From NCBI RefSeq assembly GCF_006345805.1, contig NC_043008.1, forward strand, positions 71,424,001 to 71,488,000: a stretch of 64,000 nucleotides of DNA, read 5' to 3'. The notes under the pieces were generated by a model. The model worked only from the letters and a program-made list of their open reading frames with translations, was not told where the DNA came from and ran no database searches. The position numbers and the translations under genes were made by a program. The stretch is from Octopus sinensis (lineage: Eukaryota). Shown here piece by piece: positions 1 through 15,441 of this stretch (position 1 is its first letter; each line of letters opens with the position of its first letter).

Positions 1-351
1 TCGCAACATACTTGCTACAGACTTCCATCTTTTAGGAAACACACTTTGCGACAGGCATTTCTTCTCCAGCCTTATTTTCCGTTTCATGTGGAAAGCGAAA
101 AAGTCGATTAGCTCGAGACTGGAGATGAACATGCCTGTTGTAATTCCTTTCCCTCTCGTCTTCCATACTACCTCGTTCGCCACAGCAACTACCGAGAGAA
201 AACAGGCTCGCTCCTCCCTATTCAGGGAGGTCGGCGGAACGATCTTAATTACAGATTCGCTCGACAGTTGTACTCTTCTCGAATGCGACAGCAGGTGTTC
301 GATATAAGCCCAGAGCTCAGTCACCTTGGGGCATTGCACAATCACGTGCAG

Positions 352-356
<5 letters not shown>
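1..356 (-). mobile_element. Tx1/L1-clade LINE ORF2 C-terminal fragment (zf-RVT region), 5'-truncated at a (TC)n tract, running off the window edge
   Basis: Manual minus-strand translation is open: SVLHVIVQCPKVTELWAYIEHLL...VAVANEVVWKTRGKG...FFAFHMKRKIRLEKKCLSQSVFPKRWKSV. The H-x4-C-x6-W, 'vWK.R' and terminal 'F..RW' motifs are typical of the L1/Tx1 ORF2 C-terminus. Not in the ORF track. Confidence 0.75.

Positions 357-392
<36 letters not shown>
355..392. repeat. (GA)n microsatellite
   Basis: Direct reading. Confidence 0.95.
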
Positions 393-397
<5 letters not shown>

Positions 398-1319
398 AAT
401 ATATAAATAAACAACATAACGACAAACGACATGAATGTAAAAACAAACGTTAAGCAAATAGAAAGTCCATAACCCTTCATCAATTATCAACCAATGGTAC
501 TTTTCAGTTTCGCCCCTTTAAAATAAGACTGAATGCTTCCCAATTGGCGGCGCCGGCAAAAAAATTTTCTTGCAAGAGCAAACGAAACGAAACAAACCAA
601 GGAAAACGACACGTTGTGACTTAGGAACCTGGACTGGGAAAAACAAGTGTTGATCAGTTTTATTTACAGAGATGTCTATCCTGTCTTCGTGGTCTCTAGT
701 GGTAATGACTTTTATTCTCATTATGGGTTTATTTTCAGTAGCTAACGTTTAGATTTAGCAAACTCACACTATATCAAATATACAAACTTGCTCTTCTCTG
801 TCTGCCTCTCAACATTGAGAAATATTCCAGTGCAAGAAATATATGAACTCCAAGGTTACTGGAGGTGAGATAGGACAACTTGTCAAGCTAGTGACTTTAA
901 AAACATAAACAAATTTTCCGGTCTGAGGAAAGGTTACGAAGAGCATATACCTGTAGAGGAGGAGTGGCGAAGATATAGATACCAGGAGTGTCTTGAATTC
1001 ATCAAGTGAATCAGGACATAGAAAATGTTAAATGTCAGAAGATATTAAGTAGATACATATGTAGGTAGATAGGTATGTACGTAAGATGTTCGGCTCGCTG
1101 GTTGGCTGGTTGATTACTTGGTTGGTTGAAGGGTGACTATGACAGTGTTAAGTGATTCCGTCTATTTATTGACAGCCATTTCTACAAGAAATAACATCGA
1201 AAAATAATTCCTTTCATCTCACTAATTTGTGAACCAATTTATCTTTACACGTCTTTCTTCATTTCATCATCACTTTCTTTTATTAGTGTTTTAAATTCAC
1301 CTTAAAAAAATAACACAAA

Positions 1320-2822
<1,503 letters not shown>

Positions 2823-2919
2823 CCTTGCACACGACAAAGTTTTTTTTTCTTTAAAAAATATCTTTAATGTGTATTTGAGAAATATCAAAGAGAAACCGAG
2901 TTGAATTTATCGAATGAAA

Positions 2920-2929
2920 AATAATAATG

Positions 2930-2987
<58 letters not shown>

Positions 2988-3039
2988 TAACAATAATAAC
3001 AATAACAATAATAATAATAATAATAATAATAACAATAAC

Positions 3040-3086
<47 letters not shown>

Positions 3087-3090
3087 TAAC

Positions 3091-3157
<67 letters not shown>

Positions 3158-3187
3158 GTAATGACAATAATGACAATAATGACAATA
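2920..3187. repeat. (AAT/AAC)n trinucleotide microsatellite
   Basis: Direct reading; gives poly-N/I/L/Y pseudo-ORFs. Confidence 0.95.
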
Positions 3188-3468
3188 AAAAGCCAACAAA
3201 AATATATATTATAGTAGTAACAAGTAAACAAATAACTAGTGTTAGGGATGTTTTATAGTGGTGTTGAAGATGTTTGTGATGACGCAGACGATGACGATAA
3301 GAGGGATGGTGACGAGGAAAAAGTGGAGTAGAATTGCCATGATGATGTTGAAGGGGATGGGCACAATTTGTGACTACTGATGATCTTAAGGTTGTTCGAA
3401 GTCATGATGTCTACGCTGACGATTGCCATAGTGATTATCATGATGGTTATAATGAACGCAAAACCAAC

Positions 3469-3828
3469 ATTATTATTATTATTATTATTATTATTGTTGC
3501 TATTGTTGTTGTTGTTGTTGTTATTATTATTGTTATTATTATTATTGTTACTGTTACTATTGAGAAGAACAACAACAATAATGATAGTGGTAATAATGAT
3601 AATAATATTTAGAATGAGTCAAAACAAGCAACTACTATAATAACGACATGCGAAATTAATAGATAACAAGTAAAATGTAAACATGAAATAAAACGTGATA
3701 TTAATAATGATAAAAATAATATTTTTCATAATTATGTTAACCGTAGTAAACCACACAGACAAACAAACGAAATAATGCATAAACGTAATCATACAATTTA
3801 AAGATAACTACTACTACTATTACTACTA

Positions 3829-3885
<57 letters not shown>

Positions 3886-3905
3886 TTGCTGCTGATGCTG
3901 CTGCC
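3469..3905. repeat. (TAT/GTT)n and (CTA)n(CTG)n trinucleotide tracts
   Basis: Direct reading at 3469-3560 and 3806-3905. Confidence 0.9.
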
Positions 3906-4489
3906 TCTAATTATGATGGTGATGACTGATAACGATAAATGATATATATATATATATACATAAATATAAAGATGTATGTGTGTGTGTGTGTCCGGATGTG
4001 CGTATACTTATTCGTGTGTATGCAAATATATTAATGTCTATATACATACATACACACACAGACATATACATATATAATCATATGTATATATATATTTATA
4101 TGTATATGTGTGTGAGTATATATATATATATATGTGTATGTATGTGTGTGTGTGTGCTGTATGTATGTGTGTAGGTATATAGTGCTAGAATTAGCTGTGG
4201 ACTGAAATAGACATGTAATGCAAAACCTATTCCATGAGAGTAATTGTAAGATCAAAAGATTGTTTTTGCATGTTGTTCTTATGTGTGTGTGTGTATGTGT
4301 GTGTCTATATGACGTTGTGTGTTTATTTTTTATTTCATGAGCAATTTTATGTATTTATTTTTCTTTCGTTATTTAAAAAAAAAAAAATTACGTAAATTAC
4401 GGCAGTGAATTTCAAAGTTTATTTCATCCATCTAAACTTTCCCTTGCCTGTTTCAACATATTATAAACTTTTATTCGTCTACTTCCCAT

Positions 4490-5600
4490 AATTAATCAAC
4501 GGTAAAGCACCCAGGATCCCCAACTGATGAGAATTGAACCAAAATAAACAATCGGCCCTATACGTTAAGTGAAGAAATATATCGCCACCCAACAGCGTAT
4601 TATAACTACAGAAAACAAACAAAACAAATAAAGGAAAATTCGCCTAACATCAGAGATTATGGATGTATGCAATGAAGGAAATGGCTGTATCATTTTATAT
4701 TATTTCTAGCTAATATCTGTGAGAAACGCACTGATTTTATTTACAAACTTGATCGTGTCGTCTGTTATGTACCCGTTCTAATATTCCGGATATTCTTATA
4801 GAGGCAAAACAAAGAATTAACTACTTCTTTATTTGAAGGGACTAATACTCCAGTGTGAGCCTCTTACCCATATTTACCTAACACTATATTTTGCTCTATA
4901 TGTTAAACTATACCGAATGGTGAAAATGCTATACATGAAGAATTAACGTTTTTTTGTACATGGGTGGTTAAATTTACATCCCGTAAATAATAACCTACCA
5001 GAAGCAAGACTATAAACATGACGTGGATTTTACAGAAGAATCGATTATTTTGTATGAGATATAAAAACAACTGAAGACATCATAGGGGAAAACTGTTCTC
5101 CTATGTACTGCACACATATTACTGCAAACACAACTGAGAAAAGATTTTTGTTTGGCAGAGAAAGCACGTAATAAAAATAATAAAATTAAGCAATTATTTA
5201 TTATTTGTGCTTACTCAGTGCTTAATAAAGAAGGCTATATGCGCAGTTAAATCCAGTGGGCAGTGTTCCTACATGAAAACGGACAAAATTTATTATGAAA
5301 AGGTACGTAACACGACATACTTAAAGAAACTGGACACAATCTTGCTTGTCCTTGCTGGCAAGTATATCAAGGCAAAGCACTGTTATATAATTCAATAGAC
5401 CAGTCAGACTTTTGAGGTGTAATTACATATAAAAAACGGACATACCAACAAGGTATAATTATTATAACAAGGCAAACCCAGATAGAATTATTAAGAATTG
5501 AAGCGAAAACCAGTATCATTTGATGCTTCAAAGCAATTTTCTCGATTCATTTCGTCTAACCATAGTCGGAAATGGTAGGAGTACACACGATGCTACACAG
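4490..5600 (+). mobile_element. Heavily decayed R4/Dong-like (RLE-type) non-LTR retrotransposon, RT to RLE remnant
   Basis: Broken motifs in the expected order: LYMGG*IY at ~4955 (from LYMDDLKLY), DTILLVLA..YIKAKH at ~5335-5380 (zinc-knuckle region) and an ANPD.II-like segment at ~5470 (RLE PD motif). Many stops and frameshifts. Confidence 0.45.
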
Positions 5601-5989
5601 AGAGTAAAAGATACACATAACTTAGACTTTCTGCTTTACACACAAGAATTATACACTACACAATCATCATACAATAATACAATATAATATACTACTGAGA
5701 CAACAAATCATCTACGAGATCTAGAATTTTATTCACTTGTGGTTAAATACAGATTTCTGTACATGGAATGCTCAGTTTCAAGATTTAGGCTTTGGTAGAT
5801 CATCCCCCAAATGAAGATTTTTCTGCAGAAGAATAGCAGATGTTATGGTAGTTATATATTACATCTCCACACCAACCGTGATTCCAAGCAATAGACAAAG
5901 ACAACATGTTTCACACTATGCATTAATGTTGTTCTTTTTTCTTTTGTACGCAAATGTTGTGCTGGTAGAACTGAAGTACCTTGTCCTGA

Positions 5990-6655
5990 TACAGCATGTT
6001 TAAAATCAATCCAAAGAAATTATATAGGCATATTAGAAAGAAGAAAGGGTATAGAAGAAATAGAAGAATTCCCACCAGAGCATGAAATACTGGAGGTTTG
6101 TAGGAAAATTCGCGCAGGTGAAAAGGATCCCATCTATGATGCCCCGTGGATTAAGAGACGAAAAAAAGGCACTGAGCTTATTGGAGAGCCAATATGGGAA
6201 GGCACAAGTATCAGACTCACATTAAAACAAATTATTGACTTAGTGTATTTCTAAACTCACAAAAATAAACTAATTAGTTCTTACACGGAATCGCAGTCGA
6301 CCCCAGGATGGCTGACCAATGGTATAACAGTTTGCCTCCCCCAAAATGATGAATCAAAGAGGCCTAAGAACTACGGATCCATAACGTGCTTTATAATAAT
6401 GTACAAACCTATTACATCTTATGTGATGAAATCCACATGTGCTTTTCTCTTTAACAATAACATCTTCTTGATGAACAAAAACAATGTAAACATGGGTTTT
6501 ATATACGTAGGGATCTAATTAAGATGAGGATTTTTAGAGATTTTCTCAACATGCCTGGATAGACTACAAGAAGGCCTTTGATAAACTTCTTCACAGCTGG
6601 ATAGAGGAATACTTCAAAATATTCAAAATTTCACCAGTAATCAGGAATTTTGTAT
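5990..6655 (+). mobile_element. Decayed R4/Dong-like non-LTR retrotransposon, N-terminal RT region
   Basis: Manual translation: MFKINPKKLYR (~5996), PGWLTNGITVCLPQNDESKRPKNYGSITCFIIMYKPITS (6303-6419) and AWIDYKKAFDKLLHSWIEE (6553-6609), matching R4-clade RT motifs 0-2. Confidence 0.8.
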
Positions 6656-7254
6656 GTCCATCGAGGAGCTGCCATAGAGTTCAGTGTCAAGGACTTTCCT
6701 TTCCCCCCACACCATCGTCTCCGAATTATTTTGTGAGCCTTGTTCTTAAAAATGAAATCATCGGTACTACTACTATTACTACTACTTCAATACCTTGACT
6801 CAAGACTAGCTTCATTCCAGTTAGACTGTATGTAAGTAAGGGATTGATCCGTGTTACGTTAGATATACGTACTTTTTCAATAAACCGTCATCTTTCCTGT
6901 TGCTATGAAGCAAATCTTCTGTAGAACCTCTGCAAGACATTCCATTTCCATTTTCTTTACCCATCGGCCTATTTCATCACTCACAGTCCATTATGAACCA
7001 ATTTTAGAGGTACAATCATTCAGCATTTCGTGTTCCACACACTTCCAGGTTAAATCGTATAGGATTGTATATTTTTCACATTATCATCCTCTTTCCTTAC
7101 AAAAATAGAATCATATGGATATGATGGATTAATCGGTAAGCTTACAGCGGCCAGCTAAAACCAGGCCCACATACTCCAGCCATTCTCGTCACATTCGTTG
7201 ATTTTGATTATAATAATAAGAAGAACTGGTTGGACCCGTGAAAAATTCAAGAAA

Positions 7255-7407
7255 ATCGTTAAAAATGTAAGCATCTGTAAACAGTGGACTGGTGCCATAA
7301 GAAATGCTTGTGTATTATGACCGTCTGTCATTACGTTCTGAGTTCAAATTCTGCCGAGTTCGACTTTGCCTTTCGTCCTTTCGGGAGCGATAAATTAAGT
7401 ACCAGTT
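7255..7407 (+). mobile_element. SINE family B copy (partial)
   Basis: ttacgttctgagttcaaattctgccgagttcgactttgcctttcgtcctttcgggagcgataaattaagtaccag is shared with copies at 26865, 39217, 40860 and 55595. Confidence 0.8.
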
Positions 7408-7579
7408 GTGTGCTTACTTGCGTACACGCAACATAATACGTATATAATACATATATATTTAGACATTTATACGTATACATATAGGTATATATATAGAAAA
7501 CATATATTCAGATTCCTGCATATATATAAACATACGCATATCCGTATAAATGAAGGGAGCGTGTGCATGAAAGTCGCAC

Positions 7580-7760
7580 AGATGCACCCACTACACTTTC
7601 GGAGTGGTTGGCGTTAGGAAGGGCATCCAGCCGTAGAGACCTTACCAAATCAGATTGGAAACCTGATGCACCCTGCCGCTTATCAGTTTTCAGTCAAACC
7701 GTCCAAACCATGCCAGCATGGAAAGCGGAAATTAAACGGGGATGATGATGATGATGATGA

Positions 7761-7761
<1 letters not shown>
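7580..7761 (+). mobile_element. SINE/RTE-type 3' tail ending in (GAT)n
   Basis: ggcgttaggaagggcatccagccgta...ccatgccagcatgg...gatgatgat resembles 3' ends of RTE-mobilised SINEs. Confidence 0.55.
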
Positions 7762-7817
<56 letters not shown>

Positions 7818-8496
7818 GTATGTCTGTAAATGTGTGCATGCATTCGTCCGTGCGTTTGCTTGTAATGGCGAATTTAATGCCTTTAGATATGCATGTACTT
7901 GCATATGATATGAGTCTACATATGTGTATGGAGAAGAAAAATCTCCTTTGCGCCTAAGCTGATGCATGAGTGTGTGATTCTGTGTGCAACATTACGGCTA
8001 TAGAATATAGCTCCAAAGCATGTGTATGTTGGTGGTTGTGGTGGCGGTTCTCTAATTAAAAGCAGGCAGCTATATTCACCCTCTAATTACCATCCCTGAT
8101 GAAATGTATGTCACGTCTAGATAACAGTAAAAAAAGAAGCAGAAAAATTTTAACGCCGACAGACGTACACAGTTACGCAGGAACATATTATACACAGACT
8201 CAGCATCTCTCACCTCTACAGTATGCGTGTCACTCTTATCCTCCTTCATCTAAATGAATGTATAACTAAAGGCATATGTACATATATATTTGCATATGTA
8301 TGGTTGTGTGCATATATAACCATGCATACACAAATGCATGAATGCACATCCACATTGAAATGTGTAAGTACCCGCGTGTGTATGAGTATACACATATTTC
8401 GTTTTGATATACTATTCTGTTATCTCTTTTATTTGCTGTTTTCGTATCCGTCTAATCTATGTAATTCTCAGTCTGCCTCATTCTGTACCTTCCTCT

Positions 8497-8811
8497 CTAC
8501 CTACCTATAACCTACCTACCTACCTACCTACCTACCTACCTACCTACCTACCTACCTACCTACCTATCAACCTACCTACCTACCAACCGACCTACCTACT
8601 ACCAACCTACCTACCTACCTACCTACCTACCTACCTACCTACCAACCTACCTACCTACCTACCTACCTACACACCTACCTACCTACCTACCTACCTACCT
8701 ACCTACCTACCTACCTACCTACCTACCTACTACCAACCTACCTACCTACATACCTACCTACCTACCTACCTACCTACCTACATACCTATCTACCAACCTA
8801 CCTACCTACCG

Positions 8812-8880
<69 letters not shown>
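8497..8880. repeat. Compound (CCTA)n then (TCTA)n tetranucleotide array
   Basis: Direct reading; source of the LPTY/LSIY pseudo-ORF. Confidence 0.95.
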
Positions 8881-9362
8881 ACTGCATGTCTCTCCGTTTT
8901 TCTATCTGTCTCTCTGCCTGTTTGCCTGTTTGCCTGTCTGTCCATCTGCCTGCCTTTCTATATATTTATATATATCTATTTTTCACTGTATTGACAGATT
9001 GATAGATGGACTGGTATGTCAATAGATAGACTCACAGTTGACTGAGATGGAAAGCTAAAAGAATATACCCTCACGTACGCATACATACACCCATACATGA
9101 ATGTATGTGAGTGAGTATATGCATGTTGTCATGTAGAGAGTGAGAAAAGTAGCGAGAGTGTGTGTGTGTGAGAGAGAGAGACCTAGAAAGACAGACAATG
9201 GCTGAGACATTTTCATACACTATTTTCTTTTAGTGTTTGCTATCAAGGATTACAGATTAGGCAATGATGGGGCATTATCTCCGGCATCTAGTAAACTTAG
9301 ACAAACGTATAAGAAAACAATTATATATTCAGTTAAATATATAAAAAATGAGGCAATCATGT

Positions 9363-9457
<95 letters not shown>

Positions 9458-9470
9458 CCTATCTACCTAC

Positions 9471-9511
<41 letters not shown>

Positions 9512-10060
9512 ACGCTATCTATATGTATCTCCCGTTCTGTCTGTCTGTCTGTCTCTCTCTCTCTCCCTCTCTCTCGTATACCTCCATATGTGTGTGTGTG
9601 TGTGTGTGCACGCATGCTTGTATATACTCAAAATCATATGAGTATACATTCCTATACGACCTAGCCTCGTACTGACATACAGTCATAAAGCAGTGATCAC
9701 AGTGAGTTATTTCACTCGGCACATTTTTGTTTTAAGTATACAAGTAATGGGCTATAAACGTGTTTTGCACTTTTTCGTATAAATCTATGCCCTTTGCTTC
9801 ATGACATTTATTGGGTCAAGAATCATGTGTTCGCAACTGTCCTCTTGCTTCCAGAAAATAAACTTTTTCTTTTCCTCATTGGCATATCAATTTTAGAGAA
9901 TTCCCCCATCTGAAAAGTATATACATACAAACATACATACATACATACATACATACATACATACATACATGCATACATACATACATACATACATACATAC
10001 ATACATACATACATACATACATACATACATACATACATACATACATGCATGCATACATAC
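9363..10060. repeat. (TCTA)n at 9363-9510 and (TACA)n at 9920-10060
   Basis: Direct reading. Confidence 0.95.
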
Positions 10061-10732
10061 ATATATGTTTAGGTAGGAAGCTCCGAAAGTGGTCTCAAGG
10101 TGTAGCGTCCCTACCTTCCTGAGCTAGTTTTCCACATTTATTAAAAATCGTCGGGACCACTCATGCCTTGAAACTGAGGTTGAGGGTAAGCAAAGGGTAA
10201 TGGGCACCAGCCAATCCAAAGTTTGGGGTGGGCGGCACCTACCAACCTCGCTTGCTTTGGCATTGAGATAGATCCTGCTACCTCTGTTAACGGGGACACA
10301 ACCCGAATTTAAAACACTGGATGATGATGATATGTATGTATGTATATATGTATGTATATGCATGTATATGTGCACATATACATATACACGCACTCACACG
10401 CACACACACGCACACACGCACACACGCACACACACATACGCGCAAGCACCACCACTCAAATAAATATGAGTGTGTGTTTGTGTATGTATGTAGGATACGT
10501 AAAAGCAATATATTGCATCTGCCTATATATAATGATTATATAGTATTTATATGATTATATAGTATTTATCGACGGTGTCCTTACATTTGCAGGGCATTCT
10601 GATGGCTTCTCAATTATATATTTTATCTGAAGACTTGCATTGTTTCATGTATGGTATATAATAGAATAATTAAGCAAGTGATGGAGGACAATAGAAATAT
10701 ATTGTTCTCTTTATTTATGAGCACCACCATAT

Positions 10733-10889
10733 ACATTATTTTCATAATTTACCTTTGAACGGATATATGTCCTCATCTTCTTTGTTTTTATCACGTTTCG
10801 GCTGATTTACTCTCCAGCCTTTATCAGGTGCCTTGGTAGAATTTTGAACCCAACCCTGGGTCCTCATTCCTAAGTTATTCTTTTGCTGA

Positions 10890-10985
<96 letters not shown>

Positions 10986-10999
10986 TATTATTATTATTA

Positions 11000-11050
<51 letters not shown>

Positions 11051-11217
11051 TTTGTATTATTATCAGCAAAAAAATAAATACATTAGGAATGAGAATCCAG
11101 GTTTGGGTTCAATATTCATCCAGGGCACGCGATGAATGGTGGAGAGTAAATTAGCAGAAGCGTTGTGGTAACAAAAACACGATGAGGACACATATCCGTC
11201 AAATGTAAATAATGTAC
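10733..11217. mobile_element. Head-to-head inverted pair of a hammerhead-bearing (PLE-terminus-like) repeat around a (TTA/TCA)n microsatellite
   Basis: 10733-10892 is the reverse complement of ~11060-11217 (gtgccttggtagaattttgaacccaaccctgggtcctcattcctaa versus ttaggaatgagaatccaggtttgggttcaatattcatccagggcac). Microsatellite at 10892-11048. Confidence 0.8.
10793..10830 (-). ncRNA. Minimal type-I hammerhead ribozyme-like motif (G8>A variant)
   Basis: Minus strand reads CUGAUAA-A-GGCUG-(gagaguaaau)-CAGCC-GAAACGUG, with a 5-bp stem II between the core boxes. Confidence 0.55.
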
Positions 11218-11839
11218 AGAATTTCTCATCTCAAATGTATAGAACAGTAGTATAACCATATATATATGCATACACACATCCATACAAACATGCATACATG
11301 CATACATATAGGCATACATGCTTGCCACGAATGTACCTTCATAAATGTTTACAGGTATGTTGAGACTAAGCCAAATATGATATTTGTTGATAAGCCCAGC
11401 TGCAATAAGCAACCAAATCTCCCACAGATTATACTCTAACATTAAAAGGAAGCCGAAAACATTGGTTAACCCTAGTCATTGATATACTTTGTCTGTAACA
11501 AGGCCCCTAGTATGCCAGGGCTGTAACCATGTCATAGATTTCTTGAATGGGTGCTGCCATGTTTCAAAACAATAGCAAATAATATCAACATGTCTAAAAA
11601 TAGAAAGTAGCCAATGGACATAATGCAAATGAGATAACGAATATTTTAAAATTTACCGTAAACTTCTCAATTGAAAGCTAGGGAAACAAATTTTAGCGGC
11701 ATTTTTCTAGGAACTTCTAAGCTATACTTATCTGGATTCAGAAGATATCACTATTTCGAATAAATTCCGTAATACATTACATATTATACAAATAATAACT
11801 GAAATATGTAGTTATTATATAATACAGGTTTAAATTTTT

Positions 11840-11980
11840 AGCACAAGGCAGAAATTTAAGGGAAGGGGTAAGTTGATTACACTGACCCCAGTGTTCAAAT
11901 GGTATTATTTGATCGCCCCCCAAATGAGAAAGGCAGCGTTGAACTTGGCAGAATATGAAATCGGGGCGTAATGACGGACG
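11840..11980 (-). mobile_element. SINE family B, degenerate copy
   Basis: gattacactgaccccagtg...ggtattatttgatcgcccccc...gaaaggcagcgttgaacttggcagaat matches the reverse complement of family B. Confidence 0.6.
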
Positions 11981-14900
11981 AACTCTCACTGATGAATGCA
12001 TAACATCATAACATATACCCATATACCAATACACAAATTACCATCATTAATATAGCAATAGAATATACCTACGTAATGCTCCCATCAGTAACGTTGATAT
12101 AAGCATACATTATAACAGCCACATATAACTGTAAAATTGATATAGTCATACCGTATAACACCAGTTTTATCATGAAGCCATATCACCACTGTCTAAATAG
12201 GAAAAAGTTCTCTGACAGTGCTCTGTTTCAGTAGAGTTATTACCATTCTGTAAATTCCATCACAGATAACAGAATATGTTGTATAACTTTCTGACACTTC
12301 AATAATTGGAAAATTCCAAGTAATTAGCCTTCCTTACAAACACCATCATTATTTTTTCCACAACCTAAATCATTTTCTACATAGATATGAGTTATTTCTA
12401 CGAATATAAACATAAGTATACATATATACATACATACAAGCCATATATATGTGAATGTGTGCATGTGTATATACATCTCTCTCTCTCTTTCTCTCTCTCT
12501 CTCTATATATATATGCTTATATATATGAATATAGATGCATGTATATGTAATCTGCATATATAATTAAACGTATACACCTATATCTATGTGTATGTCCGTA
12601 TAGGTGTGTGCACATTAGTGAACTGTTGTGAATTATAAAAACAAAATTCTTACATATAGTTACGTGTACTATAACTAAATCACACGTAGTCATGGGCATA
12701 TCAAATCATACACATGCACTTACAGCGTCATGTATACTAACATACATGCATACATACAGACACACATACATACACACATAATGTTTATATACTTATAGGT
12801 ATACATACACAGATGTATATATGTGTGTGCTTGTGCATATGTATGTGTTTTTATTGGTTTGACCATATGTGTATGCATGTGTATTTGCCTAACTATTTAT
12901 ATACATACATATGATATATACATACGCACCTATATACATATGGTTGGGTGTATCTCAGTGTATTTAGCTGCATTCTCCTTCAGCAAATTTATTAATGTTT
13001 TTCACACATTTTCAGAGAAACAATTTTTCTATCAATACGTTAAGGTGACACTTTGAATGCCATCGAATTGATTATACCTTTAATATTTGAAATAACCATC
13101 TCCTGAATACTGATCATATAGTTAATTTGCTTCCATCAAAAGATAGAATAGAGAAGAGAAATAACAACTAAAAATATACGAAATGAAACGTAAAACGAAA
13201 GAAATAAAAAATGAAAAGAAACGACACATATATTGTGACTGTCCAATCAAGATTTTCGAAAATGTTTGTAGCGAAATCTCAACTCCCAATCAAATATTCT
13301 ATGAGGGAAGAAAGCAGTAAGTGATATCGGTAAATCGATATATATGAAAACTTGCCGCACAAGAAAACTTGCTGTGCTTTACAAGGGAATCGAGAATGGT
13401 TTCTTTTGAAAGTGTTGACAAGCTTCCAAGATAGAAATCATCCTGTTATCTAACAATATGTTTGAGATATTCTTAAATTATTCACTCCATATACCTCAAG
13501 GGTAAACATTTTTATTCTTCATATTACACCGAGACATTGACTGACTACAGAATGAAGAATTTTGCAAATACTTTTAAATGGAAGGAAAAACCTTAGGCGT
13601 TTCTTTTCGCGAACAACTTATGCAAAGGGAGTTTATGTTTATCATAGCGAAAGACACCAACTTATTAACATGACAAATACAAAGAAAGTGTAAACAGTTT
13701 GCTCAGATATAAAAGTTTTCCCCTCCCAACAACAATCTGCGTAAGCTAAAGGCAGATGTCAGTTTGAGAAATTGAAATATTCACATTGGAACATCGACAG
13801 ACAATACATATATAAAATAACGAAATATCTCATCAGAATGTATTGAATATCCTGTGACAGCATAGATGTGTGTATATGTGAAGAAATTATTAATCCTTAT
13901 AGCACATATTTGAAAATGTGAACGCGTTTCTGAGTGGACATGGAGACGAGTTCAGTTTAAGACCCCAGGAAGAATTTTGATAAATTATTTGTTTGTATAT
14001 TTCTAGAATATTATTTATTCACTGTTTGTTACTATGTGTTTGCTTTTCTAATATTTTTGCTATTTTCTTTCCATAATATGTATAGTAATATCATTCATTT
14101 TAGCTATTTTGACAACACGAAAATTGAAAATTTAAGTTACAGATGTACGTATGCATGTACTGATAGATATGCATAGCAATGGTTATACATACATACATAC
14201 ATACATACATACATAAATACATACATACTCACACATACACCTACACACACATATATACATACAGGTGTATATGTATGTGTGTGTATGTGTTTATGTATAT
14301 TTTTGCATCTGTACTTGTATTTAACCACGTATGTTTTATCTATCAACCCAGGCAGGAATATGACTAGATATTCATATATATGTGTATGGGGATAATGTGT
14401 GTGTATATATGCATACAAACATACATACATACATACATACATACATACATACATACATACATACATACATACATACATACATACGCACACACACACACAC
14501 ACATAATGCAGCATAAATCAGAAAGTTTGAAATACATTCCACTGTCAAAATGCCTCGGTGCGGGTCTAGTAAAAATGTAAGTATATTCTTTCTAAGCTAT
14601 TGATGTACGGAAAAAAACGGTGGCGATTGTTGACCTCTTCTCAGAGTGGATGTAACATTCTGATTTTCCCACCAAATAACTTATGAGATGCAATATAAAA
14701 CAATGATAAATTAAAGTCTTTTATTAAGGTGTATCGTATTGGCTTCTCATTAATCAAATTTTATATGAATTACGCCCTGTCGTGCAGGATATAAACATTT
14801 TATGCAGTTCACTGGGCACATTAGATGTACTGATATATACATAAACATATATTTCTATATAATAAACACACCCACGTGCACATGCGAGTAGAAAGTCAGA

Positions 14901-15385
14901 TAAACATAAGAAGTCGTAATGTGTATAGTGGAAAGCAAAATGCAGAGTATTGAATATAGAAGGTAAGGAAATGGTGTTCTGTATTAATCTTGTCTTAACA
15001 GCTGTTTAGAGACCAGCATGACTACATTTATACGTAAAGAAAACCGATAATATCGTAGGTGTATGGAATAGCATAAGTTCCTATGGATCTTTTATACGAA
15101 TCCAGGTCACCCTGCTCGGAATAAGCTGGCTTCATCTAACGGATTTTGTCGTTAGTTAAATCCATAGAATTATGGGTCATTATTAAGTATAAATGTTGTT
15201 ACCGAAACGGTTGTCAAGATAAAACTGTTACATGACTCCTTTCTTATTTATTCAGTAGTCTGTATGTTGTACTATATTCAAATACACGCATTAAGCCTAT
15301 TTGTGTATGCATCGGCCTTTCTACTCCCAGGATCGTTCTTATTGGAGCTGAAGTTTAACTTCTGATTTACTTGAGTACTACACTG

Positions 15386-15441
<56 letters not shown>

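Noticed and set aside
6830-7250. Possible Tc1/mariner remnant on the minus strand (SMWAWF-like segment)
   Set aside because: Similarity is too weak and I found no TIRs.
8497-8880. CRISPR-like regular repeats
   Set aside because: Simple tetranucleotide array with no spacers; eukaryotic context with no cas genes.
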